Below, in pieces: positions 38,656-48,977 of a stretch of 64,000 nt of DNA; the stretch's first letter is position 1, and each line of letters opens with the position of its first letter. This DNA is from Candidatus Methylomirabilota bacterium (lineage in GTDB: Bacteria > Methylomirabilota > Methylomirabilia > Rokubacteriales > CSP1-6), in the NCBI GenBank assembly GCA_035650715.1, contig DASRHC010000004.1, forward strand, positions 85,160-149,159. The letters are read 5' to 3'. The translations under genes and the position numbers were made by a program. A model generated the notes under the pieces. The model was given only the letters and a program-made list of their open reading frames with translations. It did not search any database and had not been told where the DNA came from.

Positions 38656-40308
38656 TCAGATCGCCATGGACACCTGGCCGGTGCGGCGATACGCGGTCGG
38701 ATCGAGCACCACGTTGATGCACCAGACCTCGCCGGAGCCGAGCGCCCGCTCGAGCGCGGGCCGGAGCTGGCCCGGCTCGGTCACGTGGCGGCCGCGGCCG
38801 CCCAGGGCCTCCACCATCTGCTCGTAGCGGGTGAAGGGCAGCGAGGTCGCCACCGCCCGCTCCGCCCCGAAGAAGGCCAGCTGGGGGTTGCGGATCTGCC
38901 CCCAGCCCCCGTCGTTGCCCACCACCACCGTCATCGGCAGCTTGAAGCGCACCGCGGTCTCGAGCTCCATGCCGTTCAGGCCGAAGGCGCCGTCGCCCGC
39001 GATCAGCAGCACCCGCTGCGCGGGCCGCAGGAGGCGGGCCGCGATCGCGAACGAGGGACCGACCCCGAGACAGCCGAAGGGCCCCGGGTCGAGCCACTGT
39101 CCCGGGCGCGAGAGCGGCACGATCTTCGACGCGCAGCCCACCACGTCGCCCCCGTCGCCCACCACCGTGGTCTCCGCGTCCACCACCGCTGCGATCTCGT
39201 GGGCGAGCCGGTAGTGGCTGATGGGCACGTCGTCGGACAGCCGTTCCGCCATGAGCCGCCCCTGCGCCTCGGTCTCCTTCTTCCGCACCGCCTCCCGCCA
39301 CGGCGCCACGCGCCCGGACAGCGTCCGCGGCACCGCGTCGGCCAGCGCCCGCAGGGTGAGCCCGATGTGGCTCGTGAGCCCGAGCGCGAGCGGGCGATTG
39401 CGTCCGAGCTCCACCGGGTCGCAGTCCACCATGGCGACCCGGGCGTTCTCCGCGAAGGACGGCGGCCGGCCGTAGCCCAGCCGGAAATCGAGCGGCGTGC
39501 CCAGCACCAGCACCACGTCCGCCTGGCCCAGGGCGAAGCCGCGCGCCTGGGCGAAGGCCTGCGGATGATGGTGCGGCAGGCAGCCGCGGCCCGCGCCGTT
39601 GGTGAAGACCGGCACGCCGCTGGCCTCGGCGAGCGCCCGCAGCTCGGCCGCCGCGTCGTCCCAGTAGACGCCGCTGCCCGCCATGATCATCGGCCGCTCG
39701 GCCCCCGCGAGCAGCGCGGCCAGCTCCTCGACCGCCGTGGGATCGGGCGCGGTCGGCCGCCGGTGCACGTAGGCGGTGGGGATCGGGGCCAGCCGGTCCT
39801 CGACCACGGTCATCAGCAGATCCACCGGGATCTCCACGAACACCGGCCCGGGCCGACCGGTCAGCGCGTGGCGGATCGCGGTGGTGAGCACCTCCGGAAT
39901 CTGGCGCGTCTCGGAGACGGTCCACGAGCCCTTGGTGATCGGCCGCAGCAGGTCCACCTGCTCCACCTCCTGCAGCGAGCCGAGCCCGCGCAGCCCGAGG
40001 GGCGCCGCGCCGCCGATCAGCAGCACCGGGCTGCGCGCGGAGTAGGCGTTCGCGATGCCGGTGACCGCGTCGGTGACGCCCGGGCCCGCGGTGACCAGGG
40101 CCACCCCGATGTTCCGGGTGAGGCGCGCGTAGGCGTCGGCGGCGTGTGCGCAGGCCTGCTCGTGGCGCATGTCCACCACCTGCACGCCCTCGGTGAGGCA
40201 GCCGTCATAGATGGGCAGGATGTGGCCCCCGCAGAGCGTGAAGACGTGGCCCACGCCGGCCTGCCGCAGGGTGCGGGCGACGAGGTGCCCGCCGTTCAGG
40301 TCGGCCAC
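38656..40308 (-). CDS. Thiamine-pyrophosphate enzyme of the acetolactate synthase / POX family
   Basis: 550 aa with an N-terminal Pyr domain (GHVFTLCGGHILPIYD), the TPP motif GDGAFGLNGMELETAV, and NDGGWG. Confidence 0.85.
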   Translation of the reverse strand: MADLNGGHLVARTLRQAGVGHVFTLCGGHILPIYDGCLTEGVQVVDMRHEQACAHAADAYARLTRNIGVALVTAGPGVTDAVTGIANAYSARSPVLLIGGAAPLGLRGLGSLQEVEQVDLLRPITKGSWTVSETRQIPEVLTTAIRHALTGRPGPVFVEIPVDLLMTVVEDRLAPIPTAYVHRRPTAPDPTAVEELAALLAGAERPMIMAGSGVYWDDAAAELRALAEASGVPVFTNGAGRGCLPHHHPQAFAQARGFALGQADVVLVLGTPLDFRLGYGRPPSFAENARVAMVDCDPVELGRNRPLALGLTSHIGLTLRALADAVPRTLSGRVAPWREAVRKKETEAQGRLMAERLSDDVPISHYRLAHEIAAVVDAETTVVGDGGDVVGCASKIVPLSRPGQWLDPGPFGCLGVGPSFAIAARLLRPAQRVLLIAGDGAFGLNGMELETAVRFKLPMTVVVGNDGGWGQIRNPQLAFFGAERAVATSLPFTRYEQMVEALGGRGRHVTEPGQLRPALERALGSGEVWCINVVLDPTAYRRTGQVSMAI

Positions 40309-40350
40309 GCTAGCCTCGGCCCGCGGGCAGGTGCACGACCGCCCGGCACC

Positions 40351-41052
40351 TCACCAGAACTTCTCCCACTTCACGCTCTTGCGATCCATGCCCTTCTTGA
40401 CCAGCACCTCCCGCACCCGATTGATCGTCTCCCCGCCCCCGCACACGTAGACGACCAGCTTGTCCACGCCGAACACCAGCCGGTCGACCGCCTCCGCGGG
40501 CTCACCCCGCTCTCCCCGCCAGGTCGGGGGCGGCTCGCGCAGCACCGGCAGGTACGAGAAGCCCGGGTAGCGGCGCGCGAGCGACCGGAAGTCCGCGTCG
40601 TAGACCAGCCAGCCGAGGTTGCGCGCCCAGTAGATGAGCGCGGCGGGCCGGCCGTAGCCGGTCTCGAAAAGATGGGTGAGGATCGAGCGCACCGGCACGA
40701 TGCCGATCTCCTCGGCCACGAACACGGCGCGGCGGGGATCGGCGCGGTTGAACACGAAGCCGCCGGTCGGCCCCTTGAAGCGAAACTCGTGGCCGGGCTC
40801 GAGCGCCCGCACCCACTGCGAGCCGATCCCGCCCGGCGCCACGTCGATGGCGAGCGTGAAGCCGCCCCGGCGGGTGGGCGAGGACACCATGGTCCACGCC
40901 CGCACCGTCTTGGGGCCGAACGGCACCGAGATCCACTGCCCGGCGTCGAACGTGAACTCGGCGGGCTCGAGCACCTCCACGTCGACCTCGATGATCGCGG
41001 GCGTGAGCGCCCGCACCGCGGTCACGCGGCCCCGGCACTCCCGCGGCTTCAT
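40351..41052 (-). CDS. Ferredoxin-NADP reductase-like FAD/NAD(P)-binding oxidoreductase
   Basis: Starts MKPRECRGRVTAV inside ORF 40351..41877. FNR-like RAWTMVSSP (RxYS) and a GGIG motif. Its ATG overlaps the LLM stop. Confidence 0.75.
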   Translation of the reverse strand: MKPRECRGRVTAVRALTPAIIEVDVEVLEPAEFTFDAGQWISVPFGPKTVRAWTMVSSPTRRGGFTLAIDVAPGGIGSQWVRALEPGHEFRFKGPTGGFVFNRADPRRAVFVAEEIGIVPVRSILTHLFETGYGRPAALIYWARNLGWLVYDADFRSLARRYPGFSYLPVLREPPPTWRGERGEPAEAVDRLVFGVDKLVVYVCGGGETINRVREVLVKKGMDRKSVKWEKFW

Positions 41053-41978
41053 CGCGACGAAAAGCGCGGGAGGATCTCGCCGGCGATGGTCTCGAGCTGC
41101 GCCGCCTCCTCCGCCGGATCGCCGATGGGATTCAGGACGAAGTAGCGGCAGCCGGCCTGAACGAAGCGATCGATCTGCTCGGCGCACTGCTCGGGGGTGC
41201 CGATGACCCCGTACTTGCGGGCGAGCGGAGCGAAGTCCTGGGCGTAGCGGTTGGAGAGCACCCGCACCCACGCGCGCTCGGCGCTCTCGTAGTCCCGTCC
41301 CACCGTGATGAAGGTCAGGTGCGCGGCCACGAAGCGTGTGAGATCGCGCCCGGCCTCCGCGGCGGCACGGCGGATCTTCTCCAGGCTCTGCGCGTACCGC
41401 TCGGGCTGCACCACGTAGGAGATCCACCCGTCGCCCTGGCGGCCCGCGCGGGCGAGGGCCGCGTCGGAGCGCCCGCCGATCCAGACGGGCGGGCCGGGCC
41501 GCTGCACCGGCTTGGGGTCGATGCTGACGCCGTCGAACCGGGTGAAGCGCCCCTTGAACGAGGCGGGCGTGTCGCGCCAGAGCGCGCGCACGACGTCGAT
41601 GCCCTCGGTGACCCGCGCCCCGCGCTCCCGGTGCGGCACCCCGCAGGCCTCGAACTCCTTGGGGTTCTCGCCGCCCACGCCCACCCCGAAGATCAGCCGG
41701 CCCCCGCAGAGCGCATCGAGCGTGGAGGTGATCTTGGCCACCACGGTGGGGTGCCGCAAAGCGAGCAGGTAGACACCGCTGCCGAGCCGGATGCGGCTCG
41801 TGATCGACGCGTAGGAGGCCAGCAGGGTCAGCGACTCGTAGAGCGGGTTGTGGAACGACACGTGGTCGCCCGTCCACAGCGAGTCGAGGCCGAGGGCCTC
41901 GCAGCGGCGCGCCAGCGCGAACTGCTCGGCGGGCGCGTGCATCGACAGGAACGCGCCGAACTGCAACTCGGCAGCCAT
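41049..41978 (-). CDS. LLM-class F420/flavin-dependent oxidoreductase
   Basis: Starts MAAELQFGAFLS inside ORF 41049..42038. Has LGLDSLWTGDH. Confidence 0.8.
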   Translation of the reverse strand: MAAELQFGAFLSMHAPAEQFALARRCEALGLDSLWTGDHVSFHNPLYESLTLLASYASITSRIRLGSGVYLLALRHPTVVAKITSTLDALCGGRLIFGVGVGGENPKEFEACGVPHRERGARVTEGIDVVRALWRDTPASFKGRFTRFDGVSIDPKPVQRPGPPVWIGGRSDAALARAGRQGDGWISYVVQPERYAQSLEKIRRAAAEAGRDLTRFVAAHLTFITVGRDYESAERAWVRVLSNRYAQDFAPLARKYGVIGTPEQCAEQIDRFVQAGCRYFVLNPIGDPAEEAAQLETIAGEILPRFSSR

Positions 41979-41989
41979 GGCCGCGGCGC

Positions 41990-44050
41990 TCAGCGCGGGA
42001 AGGCGTCCTTGACGCCCCCGTCCACCGTGATCGTGCACCCGGTGGTCTTCGCGGACCGGTCCGAGGCGAGGAACAGCACCGCCTCCGCCACGTCCTCCGG
42101 GAGGATGGGCCGGGCCAGGATGTTGCGCCTGCGGTAGAAGTCCTCGAGCTCGTCCACCGTGATGCCCTGGGCCTTCGCCCGCTCGCGGCGGACGTCCTCA
42201 GACCAGAGCCTGGAGTCGCGGAACACCGCGTCCGGGTTCACGATGTTCGAGCGGATGCCGTGCGGCCCGCCTTCGAGGGAGAGCACCTTGGCCAGCTGCG
42301 CCTCCGCCGCCTTGGACGCCGAGTAGGCCGAGAAGTCCTTGCCGGGCGACATCACGTTCTTGGTGGCCACGAACACGAAGGCCCCGCCCAGGCCCTGGGC
42401 CTTCATCACCCGCACGCCCTCGCGCGCGACCAGGAAGTGGCCGGTGGCGTTGACCGCGAACGAGCGCTCCCAGTCCGCGAGCTCCATGCGATCGACCGGC
42501 GCCGAGTGCGCCACCCCCGCGTTGGACACCACGATGTCCACGCCCCCGTAGGCCAGCACCGCCTCCTCGAAGGCGGCCCGCACGGAGGCCTCGCTGGTCA
42601 CGTCCATGCCGAGCCCGATGGCCCGCCCCGCGCCGTTGGCCCCCACGATCTCCTCGGCGGCCTTGCGCGCGCCCGCCGCGTCCAGGTCGCCGAGCACCAC
42701 GTGCGCACCCTCCGCGGCCAGGCGCTGCGCGGCCGCGCGGCCGATGCCGCTGGCCGCGCCGGTGACCAGCGCGATCCGCCGCGCCAGCTCCTTCTCGGGC
42801 GGCGCGAGCGAGAGCTTGTAGAGCTCGAGCGGCCAGTACTCCACGTCGAAGGCGTCGCGGGCCGAGAGCGACACGTAGTTGCCGAAGCTGGTGGCGGCGC
42901 CCAGGACCGAGATCGTGTGATGGTAGATGTCGTCCACGATCCCGGCGGTGCGCCGGTCCTTGCCCGCCGCGAAGAGCCCGAGCCCACCCACCACGATCAC
43001 CCGCGGGTACGGGTCGGTGAGCGTGGCCCCGCCGGTGTTGTGCGCCTCGAAGTAGGCGGTGTAGTCGGCGACGAAGCGCTCCACCGCCGCGGTGACCCCG
43101 GTCCGCACCGCCTCCGGGTCCCCCGGGTCCGAGACCGGCGCGAAGCACGGCAGGCGCTTGGTGAAGATGGTGTGGTCGGGGGTGGCGGGGCCGATGCGGC
43201 AGAGCGCGTCCGCCTCGCGCGAGCTCGCGAACTCCAGCACGTCGGGCGCGTCGTCGAAGGTCACCACCTGTCGCCGGCTCCGCCCGAGCAGGCCCCGCAG
43301 GTGCGGGGCGACCCGGATCGCGACGCGACGACGCACCTCGGCGGGCGGACTCGCGAGGGCGACGCCTCCGAAGCGCGTGCGTCCCCGGGCCCGATGCGCG
43401 ATGGCCTCCTCCGCCCGGCTGATCAGCTCGATGGTGGCCTGGTAGGCTTCCTTCACGGAGTCGCCCCAGCAGATCGTCCCGTGCTTCTGGAGCAGGATCG
43501 CCCGGGCCTTCGGATGCGCCGCGAACACGTCCGCGACCTCGCGCGAGATCAGGAAGCCGGGCCGCCGGTAGTCGAGCGCGACGACCTCGTCGCCGTAGAC
43601 CTCGCGCAGCACCTCCCGGCTCTGGTCGTTGTTGGTCAGCGAGACCACCGCGTCGGCGTGGGTGTGGATCACCGCGGCGGCGGGCAGGAAGCCGTGCAGC
43701 AGGGTCTCGATGGACGGCCGGGGGCTCGCCGGCTCCTGCAGCGCGTGGGCGAGATAGTCCACCATCTCCTGGTCGCCCATGTCCTGCCGCTCCAGCAGGG
43801 CCAGGACGTCGTCCATGCGCACGCCCGGGAAGTCCTTCCGCTGGATCGACTTGAGGTCGGAGCCGCTGCCCTTCACGCGGAGGACGCGGGTGGGACGCCC
43901 GCGGTGGTCACGCTCCTCCCGCTTGATGGAGGTGTTGCCCCCGCCCCAGACCACGAGCGTGGTCTCCGCGCCGATCAGCCGCGAGGCGTAGACCAGGAGA
44001 TCGAGATCGCTCTTGCCCTGCGCCTCGGCGTCGCTCCAGCGGGAGTGCAT
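41990..44050 (-). CDS. Bifunctional class II aldolase/adducin-domain and SDR protein (rhamnulose-1-phosphate aldolase / alcohol dehydrogenase-like)
   Basis: Starts MHSRWSDAEAQGKSDLDLLVYASRL inside ORF 41990..44155. The N-terminal ~430 aa are aldolase II-like. The C-terminal SDR has VTGAASGIGRA, NAG and YSASKAA. Confidence 0.85.
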   Translation of the reverse strand: MHSRWSDAEAQGKSDLDLLVYASRLIGAETTLVVWGGGNTSIKREERDHRGRPTRVLRVKGSGSDLKSIQRKDFPGVRMDDVLALLERQDMGDQEMVDYLAHALQEPASPRPSIETLLHGFLPAAAVIHTHADAVVSLTNNDQSREVLREVYGDEVVALDYRRPGFLISREVADVFAAHPKARAILLQKHGTICWGDSVKEAYQATIELISRAEEAIAHRARGRTRFGGVALASPPAEVRRRVAIRVAPHLRGLLGRSRRQVVTFDDAPDVLEFASSREADALCRIGPATPDHTIFTKRLPCFAPVSDPGDPEAVRTGVTAAVERFVADYTAYFEAHNTGGATLTDPYPRVIVVGGLGLFAAGKDRRTAGIVDDIYHHTISVLGAATSFGNYVSLSARDAFDVEYWPLELYKLSLAPPEKELARRIALVTGAASGIGRAAAQRLAAEGAHVVLGDLDAAGARKAAEEIVGANGAGRAIGLGMDVTSEASVRAAFEEAVLAYGGVDIVVSNAGVAHSAPVDRMELADWERSFAVNATGHFLVAREGVRVMKAQGLGGAFVFVATKNVMSPGKDFSAYSASKAAEAQLAKVLSLEGGPHGIRSNIVNPDAVFRDSRLWSEDVRRERAKAQGITVDELEDFYRRRNILARPILPEDVAEAVLFLASDRSAKTTGCTITVDGGVKDAFPR

Positions 44051-44076
44051 CGCGTCACACCATACCCGAATCCGCC

Positions 44077-44970
44077 ATGGCGGTAAAGGTTGCGGGACGC
44101 TATGGTGGACGCGTGATCGCGACGGCAAGACGGCGGCTCGCGCGGGGCGGCGCACTCGCGCTCGCCGGCCTGGCGGTCCTCGTCGGCGGCACGGCGACGG
44201 GGCCGCGCGCGGCGCGCGCCGACGGGATCATGCTGATCGAGGCCGGCGCGTTCTGGATGGGCAGCGACACCGACTCGCCCGACGAGGCGCCGCTCCACCG
44301 CGTGTACGTGCGCGACTTCTGGCTCGACCGCCACAAGGTCACCAACCGCGAGTACGCGCGGTTCCTGGAGGCGCGCGGGCTCCGGAGCGCCGAGGGCCTG
44401 CCCTACCATGACCTCGACGACCCGGACGCGCGGATCGTCCGCTCCGGTCCCGGCTTCGCGGCCCGGCCGGGCTTCGAGGACCACCCCGCGGTCGAGGTCA
44501 CCTGGGTCGGCGCCCGGGACTACTGCCTCTGGCGCGGCCGGCGCCTGCCCACCGAGGCCGAGTGGGAGAAGGCGGCCCGCGGCGCGGACCGCCGCCGCTA
44601 CCCGTGGGGGGACGAGCCGCCGACCGACGATCGTGCGGTGGTGGGCCGCCCGTACGGCGCGACCGATCGCGGCGACCGGCGGCCGGCCGGGGCGGGCCCG
44701 GGCGGCGTCCAGGACCTGCTCGGCAACCTCCGCGAGTGGACGTCCTCCGCCTACCGGCCCTACCCGTACCGCGCCGACGACGGCCGCGAGAGCGCGCCGC
44801 TCGAGGCCGGCCGGGTCGTCCGGGGCGCGAGCCACGACGATCCGCTCGACGCGCTGCGCGTGACGATCCGCCGGCTGTCCTCGTATGATGAGGGCCGTGG
44901 CGGGCTGGCTCACGGCCACCACCACACCGGCTTTCGCTGTGCCACCTCGGAGGACCTCGGAGGACGATGA
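44077..44970 (+). CDS. Formylglycine-generating enzyme (SUMF1/FGE-sulfatase) family protein. The start is uncertain and is possibly the GTG at ~44113.
   Basis: Tat-like signal RRRLARGGALALAGLAVLVGG, an FGE-like WMGSD motif, and RGGSWxx-like C-terminal motifs. Confidence 0.75.
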   Translation: MAVKVAGRYGGRVIATARRRLARGGALALAGLAVLVGGTATGPRAARADGIMLIEAGAFWMGSDTDSPDEAPLHRVYVRDFWLDRHKVTNREYARFLEARGLRSAEGLPYHDLDDPDARIVRSGPGFAARPGFEDHPAVEVTWVGARDYCLWRGRRLPTEAEWEKAARGADRRRYPWGDEPPTDDRAVVGRPYGATDRGDRRPAGAGPGGVQDLLGNLREWTSSAYRPYPYRADDGRESAPLEAGRVVRGASHDDPLDALRVTIRRLSSYDEGRGGLAHGHHHTGFRCATSEDLGGR

Positions 44971-44974
44971 CGCC

Positions 44975-46600
44975 ATGAAGGGCCTGATGATGGACTACCC
45001 CCTCACCCTCACCCAGTTCTTCGAGCGCACGCGCCGGCTCTTCCATCGGAAGACCCTGGCCACCCGCGTGCCCGGGATGGGGCTGCAGCGCTACACCTAC
45101 GCGGACTACGCCGACCGGGTGTGCCGCCTGGCCGGCGCGCTGCGCGGACTGGGCCTGCAGAAGAGCGCGCGGGTGGGCACCTTCGCCTGGAACTCGCACC
45201 GCCACATGGAGGTGTACATGGCGGCGCCGCTCATGGGCCTGGTGCTCCACACCGTGAACATCCGCCTCTCCGCCCAGGACATCACCTACATCGTCAACCA
45301 CGCGGGCGACGAGGTGCTGATCGTCGACGCGAGCCTCTGGCACCTCCTGCAGCCGATCCGGAAGGACCTCACCACCGTCAAGCACGTGATCGTGATGAGG
45401 GACACCCCCGATGCGGCGGTGCCGCCGGGGGCGCTCGACTACGAGCAGCTCGTGATGGGCACCGAGCCGGTGACCGAGTGGCCGCGCCTCGAGGAGACCG
45501 ACGCGGCCGGCATCTGCTACACCTCCGGCACCACCGGGCATCCGAAGGGCGTGGTCTACAGCCACCGCGCCATCTACCTCCACTGCTTCGCCTCGTCCAC
45601 CGTCGACGTGATGGGCATCTGCGAGCGCGACGTGATCCTGCACGTCGTGCCCATGTTCCACGCCAACGCGTGGTGCGTGCCCTTCGCGGGGGTGATGAAC
45701 GGCTCCACCCAGATCTTCGGCGGGCCCAATCCCCAGCCGCGGGACATCGTGGAGATCGTCCACAACGAGAAGGTGACGGTGGTGGGCGCGGTGCCGACGG
45801 TGTGGATCGCCATCCAGGCCATCCTCGAGAAGGAGCCGCACTGGGACATCTCCTCGATCCGCTGCATTCCCATCGGCGGATCGGCGGCCCCGCGCACCCT
45901 CATCGAGCAGTTCGACAAGAAGTACGGGGCCTACATGCTCCACGCGTGGGGCATGACCGAGATGACCCCGCTCGGCACCGTCTGCCGCCCGCGCTCCTAC
46001 ATGGACGCCCTCTCGGAGGACGAGCGCTACGCGGTGCGGGCCAAGCAGGGCGCGCCGGTCGCCGGCGTGGACATGCGGATCGTCGACGACGCGGGCCACG
46101 TGCTGCCGTGGGACGGCAAGAGCGCGGGCGAGATCCAGGTGCGCGGGCCGTGGATCACCAGCGGCTACTACAACAACCCCCAGGGCGCCGACCAGTTCAC
46201 GCCCGACGGCTGGTTCCGCACCGGCGACGTGGCGACCATGGATCCCGACGGCTACATCCAGATCACCGACCGCACCAAGGACCTCATCAAGTCGGGCGGC
46301 GAGTGGATCTCGAGCGTGGACATGGAGACCACCATCATGGGCCACCCCAAGGTGCTGGAGGCGGCGGTGATCGCGGTGCCGCACGAGCGCTGGGTGGAGC
46401 GGCCGCTCGCCTGCGTCGTGCCCAAGCCGGAGTTCAAGGCGACGCTGACCGCGGAGGAGATCTACGAGTACCTGAAGCCCCGCGTGGCCAAGTGGTGGCT
46501 CCCCGACGGCGTGGTCTTCATCGACGCGGTGCCCAAGACCAGCGTCGGCAAGTTCGACAAGAAGGTCCTCCGCGACCGCTTCAAGACCTGGAAGCCGTAG
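44975..46600 (+). CDS. Long-chain/medium-chain fatty acid-CoA ligase (AMP-dependent synthetase)
   Basis: Starts [19 protein letters not shown] inside ORF 44885..46600. Has [12 protein letters not shown] and GWFRTGD. Confidence 0.9.
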   Translation: MKGLMMDYPLTLTQFFERTRRLFHRKTLATRVPGMGLQRYTYADYADRVCRLAGALRGLGLQKSARVGTFAWNSHRHMEVYMAAPLMGLVLHTVNIRLSAQDITYIVNHAGDEVLIVDASLWHLLQPIRKDLTTVKHVIVMRDTPDAAVPPGALDYEQLVMGTEPVTEWPRLEETDAAGICYTSGTTGHPKGVVYSHRAIYLHCFASSTVDVMGICERDVILHVVPMFHANAWCVPFAGVMNGSTQIFGGPNPQPRDIVEIVHNEKVTVVGAVPTVWIAIQAILEKEPHWDISSIRCIPIGGSAAPRTLIEQFDKKYGAYMLHAWGMTEMTPLGTVCRPRSYMDALSEDERYAVRAKQGAPVAGVDMRIVDDAGHVLPWDGKSAGEIQVRGPWITSGYYNNPQGADQFTPDGWFRTGDVATMDPDGYIQITDRTKDLIKSGGEWISSVDMETTIMGHPKVLEAAVIAVPHERWVERPLACVVPKPEFKATLTAEEIYEYLKPRVAKWWLPDGVVFIDAVPKTSVGKFDKKVLRDRFKTWKP

Positions 46601-46601
46601 G

Positions 46602-46688
46602 GGGGTCAGGTCTTACATTCCGACATTTTTCCCGCTGGAGGCGTCACCACGCCACCCACGAAAATGTCGGAATGTAAGACCTGACCCC
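46602..46688. repeat. Inverted-repeat element copy 3. Perfect 25-bp arms with a 37-nt loop.
   Basis: Seen directly. Lies between convergent genes, 2 nt after the CoA-ligase stop and 4 nt before the M48 peptidase stop. Confidence 0.9.
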
Positions 46689-46692
46689 ATCT

Positions 46693-47787
46693 TCAGCAGC
46701 GCCGGGTGAGGGCGGGCCAGTCGGCGCCGGGGAGGAGGGGCTCGGGGGTGCCCTTCCAGGCCTGGGCCATCGCGCGGAGCCGCGCGATGCGCTCGGCGGG
46801 CTCGGGGTGGGTCGAGAGGTACGTCAGGGGCCGGGGCGTGGGGCCTTCCTCCTGCCGGATCCGGTCGAAGAACGCGATCATCCCGGCCGGATCCACCCGG
46901 GCCGCCAGCAGCATCTTCATCCCCTCCACGTCCGCCTCGTCCTCCGCCCGGCGCGAGTAGCGCAGCTCCCCCAGCGTGCGCGCCGTCTGCAGCCCGTAGG
47001 CGAGCGGCCCGGTGACGTCGCCGGTCAGCGCCATCAGCAGGAGCCCGGTGGAGGCGTCCTGGATCACCGCGCGCGTGGCGTGGCGCCGCACGATGTGCTG
47101 CAGCTCGTGCGCCATGACGCCGGCCAGCTCCTCCGGGGTGCGCGTCTCCCGGAGCAGCGCGGTGAAGATCACCATGCGGCCCCCCGGCAGCGCGTACGCG
47201 TTCACCACCGGGTGGCTCACCACGTACACCCGGAACGTGTACGGTGAAGGCGGCGCGGCCCCGGCGAGACGCCGCACGATGGCGTCCGTCGCGGCCGCGA
47301 GCTCGGGATCGCCGCAGCGGCGCTCCGGCGGCGCGAGGTAGCCCACGGCGGAGCGGCCGACGCTCTCCTCCCACGCCACCGGCACGCGCGGGGCGAGCAG
47401 CGCGGCGAGGGCCGGGATCCCCCAGAGATAGATCCCGGCGGTGATCGCCAGCACCGCGACCGCCGCCCCGATGGTGAGGCGCAGGCGCGCGGCCCGCCGC
47501 CGCGGATCGTGGAAGCGCAGCCCCAGCTGCGGCGCCACCTCGTGCAGGCTCTCCAGGAATCCGCGCTCGGCCACCACGAGCGTCTCGGGCAGCGGGGCGC
47601 CGCGCTCGATGCGCACCTCCTCGCCCTCGTAGAAGCCCTGGGTCTGCCGCACCTCGCGGTAGGGCCAGAGCCGGGTCGCGGCGCCCACCGGGCTGATCTC
47701 GAGCCCCTCGCGCATGAGCCGGACGGTGGCGGGGCGCCGTGTCGCGGTCTGCCCGTCGAGATGGAAGCCCGGCCAGTCGGTGCGCAT
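46693..47787 (-). CDS. M48-family zinc metallopeptidase
   Basis: 364 aa with a HELQH (HExxH) motif and TM helices. Confidence 0.8.
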   Translation of the reverse strand: MRTDWPGFHLDGQTATRRPATVRLMREGLEISPVGAATRLWPYREVRQTQGFYEGEEVRIERGAPLPETLVVAERGFLESLHEVAPQLGLRFHDPRRRAARLRLTIGAAVAVLAITAGIYLWGIPALAALLAPRVPVAWEESVGRSAVGYLAPPERRCGDPELAAATDAIVRRLAGAAPPSPYTFRVYVVSHPVVNAYALPGGRMVIFTALLRETRTPEELAGVMAHELQHIVRRHATRAVIQDASTGLLLMALTGDVTGPLAYGLQTARTLGELRYSRRAEDEADVEGMKMLLAARVDPAGMIAFFDRIRQEEGPTPRPLTYLSTHPEPAERIARLRAMAQAWKGTPEPLLPGADWPALTRRC

Positions 47788-47802
47788 GGAGCGGGCGGCG
47801 GC

Positions 47803-48915
47803 TCAGGCCAGGTCGAAGCCGGAGTCGAAGAAGCCGGAGAGCCCCTCGCCGATGCTGCCCGCCTGCTGGGCCTCCTGGCGGATGCGCTCGAAGTCGAGCG
47901 GCCCCACGAGGGCCAGGTTGCGGAAGGCGAAATCGATGTTGCGCACGCGGACCCACGGCCACGCGAGGCCGATCGTCGCGATCAGCAGCAGCGCGTTCAC
48001 CAGCCACAGCTTGAGCAGGGCGAAACCGTTCACCGTGCACGCGAAGCGCGCGGTGGAGAACGACGTGTGCCGCCAGAAGTACCGCCGCTTGAAGGCGACG
48101 TACCAGATCCAGCACAGGCCCAGGGTGGGCAGCGTGAGCAGGATCGCCACCACGAAGGCACTGAAGAGATCGCGCCCGCGGCCGGTGAAGTCGAAGCGCT
48201 CGTTCCCGAAGTAGGAGTACGACACCAGGAACGCCTGCCGCGACACCAGGAAGAACGGATAGTAGAGGCCGAAGGTGACCGCGGTGAGCAGGCTGCCGAC
48301 GAGAAAGATCTTCAGCAGCTCGGCCACCCGGCCCCGGAAGGAGAACCGGATCCCGCGCCACGACGTCCGGCTCAGACGGTAGCGCCGCGCCCCCACCATG
48401 GCGATCGGGAAGAAGGCGTAGGCGAGCACCGCCACCAGCAACGCGGCCAGCCCGCGCACCGCGGGCGGCACGTCCAGCACGTCACGCACCGCCTGCAGGA
48501 TGAGGATCGGCACGCCGAAGACCAGCACGGCCTTGATGGTCCCCAGCAGCAGCTCGCCCGCGGTGCCGTGATAGGCGAAGCGGTCGCCCTCGAACTCGCT
48601 CTGGCTCGCGAGGTAGGCGCGCACCCGCGTCTTGGCCCAGAAGTAGTAAATGCCGACGGTGACGATCGTCAGCAGGACGTTCACGACGTGGATGCCGAAC
48701 AGGGTGCCGCCCCGCCCGTGGAAGACCGGACGCCGCACGGCGGAGGCCCGGGAGGGCTCGGGGCCGGGCGTCGAGCCGCCCGCGGCGGTCGGGAGCGGCG
48801 GCTGCGCGGGAGGCGGCGGCGGGGGCGGCAGGGACGGTCGCAGGTGCGACGGCGTGGAGGGCGGGGTCGGCTTGCGGAAGAACGACGGGCCGCCTTCAGC
48901 TCCCTCCCCGACCAT
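47803..48915 (-). CDS. DUF898-family (YjgN-like) inner-membrane protein. The real start is possibly downstream, near 48738.
   Basis: Multi-TM protein with FHGRGGTLFGIHVVNVLLTIVTVGIYYFW. The N-terminal Pro-rich extension may be an artefact. It is the usual partner of M48 peptidases. Confidence 0.7.
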   Translation of the reverse strand: MVGEGAEGGPSFFRKPTPPSTPSHLRPSLPPPPPPPAQPPLPTAAGGSTPGPEPSRASAVRRPVFHGRGGTLFGIHVVNVLLTIVTVGIYYFWAKTRVRAYLASQSEFEGDRFAYHGTAGELLLGTIKAVLVFGVPILILQAVRDVLDVPPAVRGLAALLVAVLAYAFFPIAMVGARRYRLSRTSWRGIRFSFRGRVAELLKIFLVGSLLTAVTFGLYYPFFLVSRQAFLVSYSYFGNERFDFTGRGRDLFSAFVVAILLTLPTLGLCWIWYVAFKRRYFWRHTSFSTARFACTVNGFALLKLWLVNALLLIATIGLAWPWVRVRNIDFAFRNLALVGPLDFERIRQEAQQAGSIGEGLSGFFDSGFDLA

Positions 48916-48977
48916 ACCGATCGATCATGGGCGGAACGCCCGGATCAGTCAAACTTTCGGTCGGCCGCTCGTGGAAG

